From positions 1-56,497 of the IMG/VR virus record IMGVR_UViG_3300024517_000001: 56,497 nucleotides of DNA; one strand, 5' to 3'. A model generated the notes under the pieces. The model had not been told where the DNA came from. It was given only the letters and a program-made list of their open reading frames with translations, and did no database searches. Below are positions 1 to 9,960 of this stretch, one piece after another. The stretch is from a virus (Duplodnaviria; Caudoviricetes). The first letter of the stretch is position 1. Every line of letters begins with the position of its first letter. A program made the position numbers and the translations under genes.

Positions 1-35
1 ACAGGTACTTACACAGGTACTTACACAGGTACTTA
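1..35. repeat. 12-bp tandem repeat (ACAGGTACTTAC x ~3), identical to the last 35 nt of the window
   Basis: 1-35 = 56463-56497; circular overlap or contig break inside a tandem array. Confidence 0.95.
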
Positions 36-103
36 TAGTATTTTTTATATATTTTTAGACTAAGGTACTTGTATAGGTAGTAATAATAGTATATAATATA
101 ACT

Positions 104-1642
104 ATGAACAATTTAGAAGAAGGTTATCTAGAGTCTTTTATAAATCTTAGAGGACTTCTCTCTCAAAAAGTTAATTATCAATCACAGTCAGACTTTCTTA
201 CGTTTGTCAGACTGATGGTTCCTTCTCTTGTGTCTAACTTTGAGATGGGTAGCCATATAAAAGTTATATCTAATAAGTTAAAAGAACTAGAAGAAGGTAC
301 AATTAAGAGGTTGATGGTCTTTCTTCCTCCTCGTTCCTCCAAATCAGTTATATGTTCAAAGCTTTTCCCTGCATGGTATATAGGTAGACACCCTGAACAT
401 GAGATATTAACTGTATCTCACAGTGATCAGCTATCATCTGACTTTGGTAGGTCTGTCAGAGATGTAGTAAATACAGAAGAATTCGGCAAAATCTTCACTG
501 GAGTACAATTAAGGAGCGATGTTAGGGCAGCAGGGAAGTGGAAGACCAATCAGGGAGGAACTTATTATGCGGCTGGAGTCAGATCTCAGATAGCAGGTCG
601 AGGAGCGCATGTAGCTATACTTGATGATGTAATGTCTGAGGAGGATGCCTTCTCTGATGCAGGTAGAAGGTACATAAAAGAGTGGTATCCAGCAGGACTT
701 AGAACACGTATCATGCCTAATGGAGCTATTGTCATAATAAATACCAGATTTCACTATGATGATCTATGTGGATGGCTCCTTAAACAACAGGAAGACATGA
801 GCGAGTACGAAACAATCCCTTGGGAAGTCATAAAGATCCCTGCATGGCTGGATGAAGAAGCAGCAGACTTACTGGATTTACCTGTAGGAGGGAGTTATTT
901 CCCTGAATGGAAGCCTGAACACATACTACGTATAGATGAGAACGAAATTAAGGCTAGTAATGGAAGCCGATACTGGAATTCTCTCTATATGCAAGATCCT
1001 ACTCCAGAAGAAGGAGGCTTAATCAAGAAAAAGTGGCTACAATCATGGGATGAAGAAGATCCTCCCGGTTGTGACTTCATTATACAGACATATGATACAG
1101 CTTTCTCTACCAGAACAACGGCAGACTTCAGTGTTATCCAGACATGGGGCATATTTTACCTATATGACCATGATGAAAGAGGATATGAGAACTATGCTCC
1201 CAATCTTATCCTACTAGGCAACATAAAAGGACGCTTTGAGTACCCTGAACTCAGGAAACTGGCACAAAAACTCTATAATGAACACAGACCTGATGTCTGC
1301 ATGATAGAAAAGAAGGCATCTGGTCAATCTCTCATACAGGATATGCGGAGAGCAGGACTACCTGTCATGGAATACAACCCTGATAGAGATAAAGTAGCCA
1401 GAGTTTATGCTGCTTCTCCTATTATGGAAGCAGGTAGGCTATGGATACCTCAAGGTAAGAAGTGGTCAGAAGATCTTATAGAAGAACTCATCAGATTTCC
1501 TAATGCAGCACATGATGATCAGGTAGATGCTCTTACAATGGCTGTACACTACATGAAAGAGTCTTGGCATCTAACACATCCTGACGATCCAGAAGATGAA
1601 GACGAACCTTCTGAACAAAAGAGTACGTACTGGACGTTCTGA
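104..1642 (+). CDS. terL: terminase large subunit
   Basis: Walker A-like LPPRSSKS, Walker B AILDD, C-terminal nuclease motifs YDTA and HDDQVDA. Confidence 0.95.
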   Translation: MNNLEEGYLESFINLRGLLSQKVNYQSQSDFLTFVRLMVPSLVSNFEMGSHIKVISNKLKELEEGTIKRLMVFLPPRSSKSVICSKLFPAWYIGRHPEHEILTVSHSDQLSSDFGRSVRDVVNTEEFGKIFTGVQLRSDVRAAGKWKTNQGGTYYAAGVRSQIAGRGAHVAILDDVMSEEDAFSDAGRRYIKEWYPAGLRTRIMPNGAIVIINTRFHYDDLCGWLLKQQEDMSEYETIPWEVIKIPAWLDEEAADLLDLPVGGSYFPEWKPEHILRIDENEIKASNGSRYWNSLYMQDPTPEEGGLIKKKWLQSWDEEDPPGCDFIIQTYDTAFSTRTTADFSVIQTWGIFYLYDHDERGYENYAPNLILLGNIKGRFEYPELRKLAQKLYNEHRPDVCMIEKKASGQSLIQDMRRAGLPVMEYNPDRDKVARVYAASPIMEAGRLWIPQGKKWSEDLIEELIRFPNAAHDDQVDALTMAVHYMKESWHLTHPDDPEDEDEPSEQKSTYWTF

Positions 1643-1674
1643 TTTGGGAAAAGATTAATATTATGCTATAATAA
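1642..1674 (+). promoter_or_regulatory. sigma70-like late promoter, copy 1 (TTGGGA-N17-TATAAT, extended -10)
   Basis: 33 bp identical to 6465-6497; intergenic, upstream of an RBS. Confidence 0.75.
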
Positions 1675-1699
1675 AGTAGGGATTAAGAGAGGAATTATT

Positions 1700-3118
1700 A
1701 TGCACAAATCAAAAAATTATGATATGGCTACTCAAGTCGCAATGGATAAGCTGATGCCCAAGCCTATTCAAATTACAATCTCCATGCAAGGTGGAGGTGG
1801 ACTAAGAGGTTTACAAGAAAGACCTATTAGCAGTGTATATGGCAGACCTATACCTAGAACTATCTATAGAGATAATGGTGGTGGTATATCAGAAATAAAT
1901 AAACCTATCAACATAAATGGACAGCCTCATAAACTAGCATGGATTAGACCAGATGAAGCTTCTGCCTTGAGAGCTATGGGTGGTAGTGGTCGTAAAGTAG
2001 GTGGTGTACCTGCTTATTTCTTTTTTGATCAAGGTGGTTCTCCAGAAGTTACAGGAGGAGGAGATCCTGAAGCAGGAGTAGATTGGGCTTCGGATGTAGT
2101 TACTTATACAGATATGACTCTAGATCCCGGTGCTAGAGGAGATGTTGTTGAAGATTTTACTACTACTACTACTACTACTGATCCTGAAGAGCAACGTGGT
2201 GGTTTTGGTTATACTGAGAAAGATGTAGTAAGAATGCAACCTCCTACTCCTAGAGATGATAGTGGTGGAGATAATGATTACCAACAATCATTAACTGAAG
2301 TTGTAGAGAATCGACCTAGATATCTAGTTCCTTTTTGGAATACTTTAAAAGAGGGAGGAATGAGTAATCAAGCAGTAACAGAATATCTGGCAGGAATGGG
2401 AACTAAAGGACTTGCTAGTCTGAAAGAAGCATATAATACAGGACAATTTCATAGGGGTGGTTATTCGGGTACAATGGAAAAAATACTAGACGATCAAGCT
2501 GGAGTTTTGAGTGAGAAAATAAAAAAATTAATAGAAGAAGATAAAGGTATTAGAGATCAGGCGGATATGCTTGCTTCAGAGAAAAAGGAAGTAGACAAAG
2601 CTGGATTATCAGGATTTTTGGATAAAGCTATTAATCTTCTTGGCGGTCCTCTCGGTACTGGAAAAGAACCTACATCTACTACTATAGCACGTATCAAAGC
2701 AGCAGCTGACGAAGCTGGTGCAGTATTTACTCCAGTAAATCGTAACCCAAATGTAATGAATGCAGTAACAAATTTTATGATACCAGCAATAGGACATCTT
2801 TTTATGCCTAATTCTATTGGACATATAACAAAAGGAGGAGTAACTTTTAGGGTAAATGAAGATGGAATGGTAACTCCTATGGAGAATTATCCTTCTAATA
2901 TAAATGAAGGTCCAGATCCAGAACCTATACGTAGGCGTAAACAAAGAGGAGGATTTGGTGTTACTCAAGAAGATGTAGAAAAATTACAAGAGGAACCTTT
3001 AACAGGAATGTCAGGATTATTAGCTAAACGTGGTCCTACTGATAAATCAGCAGGTACTGATAGGTTAGAAGAACTATTAGCTAGTCTATATCCCAACAAA
3101 GATTTTAATATAGGATAA
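1700..3118 (+). CDS. hypothetical protein, probably internal virion protein
   Basis: 472-aa ORF with RBS between terL and portal; HKLAWIRPDEASALRAMGGSG segment; QRGGFGxTxxDV occurs twice. Confidence 0.7.
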   Translation: MHKSKNYDMATQVAMDKLMPKPIQITISMQGGGGLRGLQERPISSVYGRPIPRTIYRDNGGGISEINKPININGQPHKLAWIRPDEASALRAMGGSGRKVGGVPAYFFFDQGGSPEVTGGGDPEAGVDWASDVVTYTDMTLDPGARGDVVEDFTTTTTTTDPEEQRGGFGYTEKDVVRMQPPTPRDDSGGDNDYQQSLTEVVENRPRYLVPFWNTLKEGGMSNQAVTEYLAGMGTKGLASLKEAYNTGQFHRGGYSGTMEKILDDQAGVLSEKIKKLIEEDKGIRDQADMLASEKKEVDKAGLSGFLDKAINLLGGPLGTGKEPTSTTIARIKAAADEAGAVFTPVNRNPNVMNAVTNFMIPAIGHLFMPNSIGHITKGGVTFRVNEDGMVTPMENYPSNINEGPDPEPIRRRKQRGGFGVTQEDVEKLQEEPLTGMSGLLAKRGPTDKSAGTDRLEELLASLYPNKDFNIG

Positions 3119-3121
3119 AAA

Positions 3122-5635
3122 ATGGCAACTGAAAAAAACCCATATGATCGCATACCAGAAGAAGTACCTAATGTAGTTCCTATGGCTCCTGTAGAAGAAA
3201 CATCTCTTGATGCTACCTTTGAAGTAGAAGATGATGGTGGAGTCATAGTAGACTTCGCTAGTGAAGCTTCTATAATGGAACCTTCAGAAGATGTAGCAGA
3301 ATGGTACGGAGACTTATGTGATACACTGGAAGAAGAAGAATTAAGAGAAATCTCCGCAGATGTAATAGAGAACTATCAGGCAGATAAGGATTCCAGAGGC
3401 GAATGGGAGTCTATGTTTGAAAGAGGATTTGACTTACTGGGACTTAAGCTTGAGCCGGGGTCAGAACCTTTTGAAGGAGCTTGTACAGCAGTACACCCAC
3501 TCCTGATTGAGTCAGCAGTTAAGTTTCAGTCAAAGGCTTCTGGAGAACTCTTCCCTAGCAAAGGTCCAGTAAAAGCAAACATACTAGGTAAGATAACTCC
3601 TGAGAAAGAAACACAGGCTAATCGTGTTCAGAACTTTATGAACTATCAGTTAACTGAACAGATGCCTGAATACTTCGATGAGTTTGAAAGGATGCTGTTC
3701 CATCTTCCCCTGATAGGATCAGCATTCAAAAAGATATATTATAGTTCAACACTTAAACGACCTGTCTCTGAATTTATTCCTATAGATCAATTCTATGTAT
3801 CTTATTATGCAACTGATTTAAGGAATGCAGATAGATATACACATGTTATATATAGAAGTCCTGTAGAAATACAGAAAGATATACTAGCTGGTGTCTACAA
3901 AGAAGCAGATCTTCCTACTCCTGATCAATCACCTGTTACATCTTTCACAGAAAGAATGGATACTATACTTGGTATATCTCCTTCGGCAGATAAAGATCCT
4001 CAATATGTATTACTGGAACAACACTGTTATCTGGATATAGAAGACAAAGATCAATCTCTTCCCTATATCGTAACAGTAGAACAACAGTCCAGACAAATAC
4101 TCAGTATTCGTAGAAACTATGAACAGAATGATTCTACAATGGAGAAGAGAAGTCACTTCGTTCATTACAGGTTTGTACCCGGATTTGGCTTCTACGGATT
4201 AGGCTTGATACACTTCCTTGGTAATCTTACTATGAGTGCAACTGCTGCAATGAGATCCCTAATAGATGCAGGTCAGTTTGCTAATTTACCGGGAGGTTTC
4301 AAGGCTAAGGGACTTAGGATAGTTGGTGACAATGAACCTATTTCCCCCGGTGAGTTCAAGGAGGTTGAAGCAACTGGAATAGATCTGGCAAAGGCTATTA
4401 TTCCTCTCCCCTATAAAGAGCCTTCCTCTACTCTATTTCAGATGTTACAATTCGTAGCTACTGCTGGTCAGAAGTTTGCGGATAGCACAGAGCAGGTTAT
4501 CTCTGATGCTGCCTCCTATGGACCCGTTGGAACAACTATGGCTCTACTAGAAGCCAGTAGTAAGTTTTTTACTGCCATACATAAACGTCTTCATAAAGCA
4601 CAAAGAGATGAATTTAGAATACTGGCTAAGATAGATTATGATTATCTTCCAGCAGAATATCCTTATGATGTTCCCTTTGAAGACCGTAGTATATTTAAAA
4701 ATGATTTCGATGGAAGAGTAGATATAGTTCCTGTCTCTGATCCCAATATCCCATCCAATGCTCACCGCATGATGATGGCTAATATGGCTCTTCAGATGGC
4801 ACAACAGTCTCCTCCCGGCATGTTTAATATGGAGGCATTGAATAGAACAATACTCAATGCCGCCAACATGCCTAACCTTGAAGAAATACTCCCTCCCAAG
4901 ATAGAACCTAAACCTATGGACCCTGTGTCGGATATTATAGCTGCTACGAAGGGAATACCTATAGCAGCTTTTCCGGGGCAGAACCATGATGCTCATATTC
5001 AGGTTAAGATGGCCTACCTTCAAGATCCTAAGAATGGAGCTAATCCTATTATGCAGAGAATACAGCCTATACTTCAGGCTAATATTCAGGAACATTCTGT
5101 AATGAAATATCAGGAACAGGTTAATGGAGTAACTGAACAACTCATGACACAAGTTCCACCAGAACAAGCACAAAATCCAAATACAATAGAAATGATAATG
5201 GCTCAAGCTGCTCAACAGGTTATGAATGCTAATCAGGCTATGGGTCAGGCACAATCACCAGAACAGCAACTAGTAGCTCTGGAACAAGCTAAGGTAGAAT
5301 TACAGAAACAAAAGCTTCAATCAGATACAGTTGTACAGGCTGCTGAAATGGAGATTAAGAATAAGCAGCTTGAACTAGACGAAAACGAACAGATCATAGA
5401 TATGTTGAAGTCAGGGGCTACAGACGAATTTAAGAAAGAAAAAGATTCCAAGGATAGAGAATCTAAAAAAGAAATTAAAGAGATGGAGATTGATGCTGAA
5501 GATAAAAGAGTTAGAGAACGAATTATGAAAGATATTATTGAACAGAATAATAGAGATGAAAAAGATCTGGATATGAAAGGTCTTGAAGCTTTAGTTAAAT
5601 TAGCAATTGAACAATCCAAGAAAGAAGGAGGTTAG
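3122..5635 (+). CDS. portal protein
   Basis: 837 aa, position after terL, podovirus portal-like segments (HPLLIESAVKFQ, PGFGFYGLG), Gln-rich coiled C-terminus. Confidence 0.88.
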   Translation: MATEKNPYDRIPEEVPNVVPMAPVEETSLDATFEVEDDGGVIVDFASEASIMEPSEDVAEWYGDLCDTLEEEELREISADVIENYQADKDSRGEWESMFERGFDLLGLKLEPGSEPFEGACTAVHPLLIESAVKFQSKASGELFPSKGPVKANILGKITPEKETQANRVQNFMNYQLTEQMPEYFDEFERMLFHLPLIGSAFKKIYYSSTLKRPVSEFIPIDQFYVSYYATDLRNADRYTHVIYRSPVEIQKDILAGVYKEADLPTPDQSPVTSFTERMDTILGISPSADKDPQYVLLEQHCYLDIEDKDQSLPYIVTVEQQSRQILSIRRNYEQNDSTMEKRSHFVHYRFVPGFGFYGLGLIHFLGNLTMSATAAMRSLIDAGQFANLPGGFKAKGLRIVGDNEPISPGEFKEVEATGIDLAKAIIPLPYKEPSSTLFQMLQFVATAGQKFADSTEQVISDAASYGPVGTTMALLEASSKFFTAIHKRLHKAQRDEFRILAKIDYDYLPAEYPYDVPFEDRSIFKNDFDGRVDIVPVSDPNIPSNAHRMMMANMALQMAQQSPPGMFNMEALNRTILNAANMPNLEEILPPKIEPKPMDPVSDIIAATKGIPIAAFPGQNHDAHIQVKMAYLQDPKNGANPIMQRIQPILQANIQEHSVMKYQEQVNGVTEQLMTQVPPEQAQNPNTIEMIMAQAAQQVMNANQAMGQAQSPEQQLVALEQAKVELQKQKLQSDTVVQAAEMEIKNKQLELDENEQIIDMLKSGATDEFKKEKDSKDRESKKEIKEMEIDAEDKRVRERIMKDIIEQNNRDEKDLDMKGLEALVKLAIEQSKKEGG

Positions 5636-5639
5636 AGGA

Positions 5640-5837
5640 ATGACAATAAAGATAAAACAAATGACGAAAGGAAAAGGTTATATTACTTATGATAAAACCA
5701 AATCTGAGAAACCAATGACTTATGGAGATCCCTTTAAAGCTGACTGTATTGGTCCTTTTGAATCTAGGGCTGATCTTAATGAATGGGATTATGATAAGTT
5801 AAAATTCCCATCTCCTATAAAAGGTAAAAAAACTTAA
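5640..5837 (+). CDS. hypothetical protein
   Basis: ORF; start moved to the ATG after the portal stop and RBS. Confidence 0.6.
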   Translation: MTIKIKQMTKGKGYITYDKTKSEKPMTYGDPFKADCIGPFESRADLNEWDYDKLKFPSPIKGKKT

Positions 5838-5840
5838 CCA

Positions 5841-6035
5841 ATGGAAATTTGGGATGAGGTGGTTCAGGAGTTTAACGAAGAAATTCAGAAACTTAGAACT
5901 ACATTAGCCAGTGGTGCTGCTGAAGATTATTCTCACTATAGACAACTTGTAGGATCAATACAAGGTCTGGAATGGGCCAGAGGCAATCTCACTGAAATTA
6001 TTAAAAAGCGAACTTACGCAGACGATGAGGAGTAA
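5841..6035 (+). CDS. hypothetical protein
   Basis: 64-aa helical ORF tightly packed between portal and GroES. Confidence 0.7.
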   Translation: MEIWDEVVQEFNEEIQKLRTTLASGAAEDYSHYRQLVGSIQGLEWARGNLTEIIKKRTYADDEE

Positions 6036-6036
6036 A

Positions 6037-6459
6037 ATGCAACAAGTACAAATGGGTAAAGCCATCAAAAACGATTTATGGATTAGTGATCCAGAAGAAG
6101 TAGAAGATCCAGAAGTACTACCAGAACTACCGGGATTTCATATTCTGGTACGGCCAGTATCTGTAAAGAGCCAGACGAAAGGTGGTATCATTCTTCCAGA
6201 TTCAACCAAAGATGATATGTCTTATCTTACTACGGTAGGTAAGGTATTAGCTCTGGGTGATCTGGCTTATCTAGATAAAGATAAGTTTCCTGCTGGAGCA
6301 TGGTGTCATGTAGGAGATCATGTATGCTATGGTAAACATGCAGGAACCAAACTCTTTTATAAGGGAGTTAGAATGATCTTACTATTTGATGATCAGATTA
6401 CTATGAAAGTAGGAGATCCAAAAGATCTTGATCCTACCTTTAATTTAGGAAATGGTTAA
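6037..6459 (+). CDS. groES: co-chaperonin GroES/Cpn10-like protein
   Basis: PGFHILVRP...TKGGIILPD mobile loop, GKVLALG, VGDHVCYGKHAGT; GAGGAG RBS. Confidence 0.9.
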   Translation: MQQVQMGKAIKNDLWISDPEEVEDPEVLPELPGFHILVRPVSVKSQTKGGIILPDSTKDDMSYLTTVGKVLALGDLAYLDKDKFPAGAWCHVGDHVCYGKHAGTKLFYKGVRMILLFDDQITMKVGDPKDLDPTFNLGNG

Positions 6460-6464
6460 GACGA

Positions 6465-6497
6465 ATTTGGGAAAAGATTAATATTATGCTATAATAA
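6465..6497 (+). promoter_or_regulatory. sigma70-like late promoter, copy 2
   Basis: identical to 1642-1674; precedes scaffold/capsid genes. Confidence 0.75.
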
Positions 6498-6540
6498 GTT
6501 ATACGTTAAATCGTTGATTTCGTAGACAACGGAGGTAGAA

Positions 6541-7443
6541 ATGGAAAAGAAAGAAGAGTGGAGCGATATAGAAGTTCCGAATGAAGAGCAGAAAGAAGTA
6601 GAATTTGAAATAGAAGAGGAAGAAGTAGAACCTGAAAAGAAAGAAGAAGAAGCTCCAGAGTTAGAAGGTATCGAAACAAAGGGTGCTGAAAAAAGAATAA
6701 GGCAACTTATCAGGCAAAGAAAAGAACGTGATGAACAGATTACTGCTCTCATCCAAAAAAATGAGGCACTCTCAGGAAGCCTCAGAACAAAAGATAACGA
6801 AGTAACTCAAGTTAATAAGCTAAGTCTTGATGCTTCTGAAAAACAATTAACTGATAAACTTGAGCTTGCCAGAACAGTTTATATGGAAGCTTTTGAAGAA
6901 GGAGAAAAAGAGAAGCTTTTAAAAGCGCAGGAAATGTTGAATGAGGCACAGGCTGATCTAAAGTCAGTCTCTTATGCTAAACAAAATTATGCACAAGTAG
7001 AAGCAGTTGCTCCAGTACAGCCTCAGTATCAACCTCCTCCTCAACAAGCTAACGATCCTAGAGCCGAAGATTGGGCTTCAAAGAATAGTTGGTTTGGACA
7101 GGATAACATTAAGACTGCTGCTGCATTAGCTATAGATGCAGAACTTAAAAGCGAAGGCTATGATCCTACTGACAATGATTTTTATCAGGAAATTGATAAG
7201 AGAATTAATAAAGCGTTTTCTCAGAATACTGAGGAAACTACAGAACGTGTGCAGGAAAGCTCGTCAAAACCTGCTCAAGTAGTATCGGGGAGTTCACGCT
7301 CCTCTCCATCCAGTTCTAGTAAAGTCAAACTATCAAGAGAAGATGTTAGGCTTGCACAGAAATGGAATATACCACTTGAACAGTATGCTGCCGAAAAGCT
7401 CAAAGTTGATGGAGCAGACGGCAATTATACTAATGTAACTTAG
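6541..7443 (+). CDS. capsid scaffolding protein (putative)
   Basis: acidic N-terminus, long coiled coil, position upstream of capsid genes, GGAGG RBS. Confidence 0.7.
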   Translation: MEKKEEWSDIEVPNEEQKEVEFEIEEEEVEPEKKEEEAPELEGIETKGAEKRIRQLIRQRKERDEQITALIQKNEALSGSLRTKDNEVTQVNKLSLDASEKQLTDKLELARTVYMEAFEEGEKEKLLKAQEMLNEAQADLKSVSYAKQNYAQVEAVAPVQPQYQPPPQQANDPRAEDWASKNSWFGQDNIKTAAALAIDAELKSEGYDPTDNDFYQEIDKRINKAFSQNTEETTERVQESSSKPAQVVSGSSRSSPSSSSKVKLSREDVRLAQKWNIPLEQYAAEKLKVDGADGNYTNVT

Positions 7444-7459
7444 GCGTGGAGGAACAAAT

Positions 7460-7954
7460 ATGACACGAAATGAAATACGTAGTAATACTAATCGGGAAGC
7501 TCAGACAAGAGAAGTCGAAGAAGAATATGTCTTTGAGGAGCCAGATGCCCTCAGTATACCAGACACGGTACAAGCAAGATTTGACGCAGAGGACATGTCC
7601 TTACGTTGGATTCGCATATCTGTAAAAGGCGTAGATGACATCACTAATGTTGGTAAGAACCAGCAACAGGGATGGGTCTTCGTAACTCCTGATGAAGTTC
7701 CTGAAATGGCAATTACCTCCTTCGTAAGGGAAGAAGGTCGTTATCTTGGAGCCGTCTGTCGTGGAGACGTAGCATTGGCAAAGAAGCCAACCGCAAAGGT
7801 AAGGGCCAGACAGAAATTCTATGGGAATAAGAGTAATGATATGATGGATGCAGTAAATGCACAACTAATGAAAAACTCTGATTCTCGTATGCCAATTTCT
7901 AACACAAGTAAATCGGTAACAACAAGAGGAAGACAGCCTTCTTTTCAAGACTAG
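7460..7954 (+). CDS. hypothetical head-module protein
   Basis: 164-aa ORF with GGAGG RBS. Confidence 0.7.
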   Translation: MTRNEIRSNTNREAQTREVEEEYVFEEPDALSIPDTVQARFDAEDMSLRWIRISVKGVDDITNVGKNQQQGWVFVTPDEVPEMAITSFVREEGRYLGAVCRGDVALAKKPTAKVRARQKFYGNKSNDMMDAVNAQLMKNSDSRMPISNTSKSVTTRGRQPSFQD

Positions 7955-7983
7955 TCCTCCTCTATAACTTAAGGAGATAAAAC

Positions 7984-8598
7984 ATGTCAAGTACAAAAGC
8001 ATTTCGTGGTTTTGTCCCTGCTCGTACTAAAGGTGGCGGCTATAATGCCGGTGGCCCTGTAACAGATATGATTGAACCTACTTCCGGTGGAATAGCTTCA
8101 AATAGTATTTTTACTGGTGATCCAGTTGTAATGCCCGGATCTGCATTAGCGACTATTACGCCTTACATTGTAGCAACTCTTAAACCCTCTGGGATTTTTA
8201 TGGGTTGTCAATATGTGGAAAATGGCGAACAGAAATTTAGTCGTTATTGGCCGGGTGGAACAAGTGCCACAGATATTAAATTCTTTGTAATCACTGATCC
8301 AGATCAGACATATTATATTCAAGCTTCTCTATCTCTATCAGCAAATGAGCTTTTAGTTGTAAAGAATTATAATTGTACTGTAAGTTCAACTGCCAGTTCA
8401 GGTAGTACAGTTACAGGCCAATCAAGTTACTATCTTGATGGTGCGTCTGGTGTGGAAACCGCAAAGGGAGTTGCACGGGTTGTTGGAAGGGCTAAGTTTC
8501 CTGATGAAGCAGATGGAGATGCCTATCCAATAGTCGAGGTGTGGTTAAATCTACACCGAGATCGATTCGTGACAGCAACCGCTGCCGCAGCACTATAA
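7984..8598 (+). CDS. minor capsid/decoration protein (putative)
   Basis: beta-rich, small-residue-rich ORF directly upstream of the major capsid gene. Confidence 0.6.
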   Translation: MSSTKAFRGFVPARTKGGGYNAGGPVTDMIEPTSGGIASNSIFTGDPVVMPGSALATITPYIVATLKPSGIFMGCQYVENGEQKFSRYWPGGTSATDIKFFVITDPDQTYYIQASLSLSANELLVVKNYNCTVSSTASSGSTVTGQSSYYLDGASGVETAKGVARVVGRAKFPDEADGDAYPIVEVWLNLHRDRFVTATAAAAL

Positions 8599-8614
8599 CC
8601 GGGAGGAATGAATA

Positions 8615-9538
8615 ATGGCTATTAATAGAGCTAGTATTAGTAAAGAACTCCTACCGGGGCTAAACGCTATATTCGGTATGGAGTACGGAGAGGTTAATAA
8701 CGAGTTAGAACCACTCTATGAAATTGAAAACTCAGATCGTGCATTTGAAGAAGAAGTTCTCTTCACCAGTTTCGGGTCAGCCCCGGTAAAGGGTGAGGGA
8801 GCGTCTGTCTCGTATGATGATGCTCAGGAAAGCTATACAGCACGTTACACTGCTGAGACTGTAGCTTTGGCCTTTGCAGTTACGGAAGAAGCAATGGAGG
8901 ATAATCTTTATGATACCTTTGCTAAACTTCGGGCTAAAGGTCTTGCCAGAGCAATGGCTAATACGAAACAGGTAAAAGCTGCAAACGTATTCAACAATGG
9001 TTTCTCTGATACTATTGGTGATGGTGTTGCATTCTTCTCAGCTTCACATCCAACCGTAGGTGATGGTGTACAGAGCAACTTAATTGCTGCGTCTGATATA
9101 TCTGAAGCTACTATTGAAACCGCATTAACCAATGTACAAAAGATCAAAGATGATCGAGGTATTCTAATTGGTGCAAGTGCTGTTTCTTTGCATATCCCTG
9201 TTGACTCATGGGCAATTGCAGATAGGATCTTATCTAGTCCGGGCAACACTCAAGCGAGTGGTGGTCAGGCTGCTAATCCTAACATTAATGCAATCAATGC
9301 TACTCGTCATTTGGGTATGTTACCTGAAGGCTATCATATCAACCGAAGGTTTACTGATACGACTTCTTGGTTTGTTAAGACTGACGTACCAAACGGAACT
9401 AAAATGTTTGTACGTTCACCTCTTCAGACTAAGATGGAACCTGACTTTGATACTGGCAATCTTCGATTTAAGGCAAGGGAACGTTATAGTTTCGGTGTCT
9501 CAGATTGGCGAGGCTGGGCAGGTAGTCAAGGAACGTAA
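8615..9538 (+). CDS. major capsid protein
   Basis: 307 aa, MAINRASISKELLPGL start, AVTEEAMEDNLY, KARERYSFGVSDWRG end; strong RBS. Confidence 0.88.
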   Translation: MAINRASISKELLPGLNAIFGMEYGEVNNELEPLYEIENSDRAFEEEVLFTSFGSAPVKGEGASVSYDDAQESYTARYTAETVALAFAVTEEAMEDNLYDTFAKLRAKGLARAMANTKQVKAANVFNNGFSDTIGDGVAFFSASHPTVGDGVQSNLIAASDISEATIETALTNVQKIKDDRGILIGASAVSLHIPVDSWAIADRILSSPGNTQASGGQAANPNINAINATRHLGMLPEGYHINRRFTDTTSWFVKTDVPNGTKMFVRSPLQTKMEPDFDTGNLRFKARERYSFGVSDWRGWAGSQGT

Positions 9539-9546
9539 GTCTAATT

Positions 9547-9576
9547 GTGGGAGAGTACTTAAAACTACTCTCCTAC
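9547..9576 (+). terminator. stem-loop after the major capsid gene (no U-tract)
   Basis: GGAGAGTA-cttaaaac-TACTCTCC. Confidence 0.45.
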
Positions 9577-9593
9577 TACCTTAAGGAGAAACT

Positions 9594-9959
9594 ATGACTA
9601 CAAATATTAAAGTCGCACAAAATGTAAGTAGTGATGGAGCAATTATTACAGGCTTTCGTTATGTTGAGACTAATACCAGTTTAGGAGATGAAGGAACAGG
9701 TTCGAGTCCTACTCCATCAACAACCAGAGTTCTTGCCATGCATACTTATTCAACTCTTGCAGGTGAAATTGTTATTTCAGGATCGAAGCAGATTACAAAT
9801 AGGACAGCTAAAGGAACAGCTATTCGATATCGTGTAGCAGCATTAGATTCTAACGATCAATACATAGGAGATATGGGAGTAGGTGTTCACGGAATTGTAA
9901 GTGTTGCAACATCTGGAACAGGAGCAATGCTTCCAACAATTACATTATATCTGGGCTAA
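9594..9959 (+). CDS. hypothetical structural protein
   Basis: 121-aa ORF, AAGGAG RBS. Confidence 0.65.
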   Translation: MTTNIKVAQNVSSDGAIITGFRYVETNTSLGDEGTGSSPTPSTTRVLAMHTYSTLAGEIVISGSKQITNRTAKGTAIRYRVAALDSNDQYIGDMGVGVHGIVSVATSGTGAMLPTITLYLG

Positions 9960-9960
9960 T

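Noticed and set aside
1-35. True direct terminal repeat of the virion DNA
   Set aside because: A 35-nt overlap inside a tandem repeat is equally explained by assembly; cannot be decided without reads
69-106. Leaderless terL promoter (TATAAT at 94-99)
   Set aside because: Region is very AT-rich, -35 spacing is 19 and the ATG is only 4 nt from the -10; not distinguishable from chance
1622-1631. AGTACGTACT palindrome at the end of terL as a hairpin-family member
   Set aside because: No flanking arms; coding; likely chance
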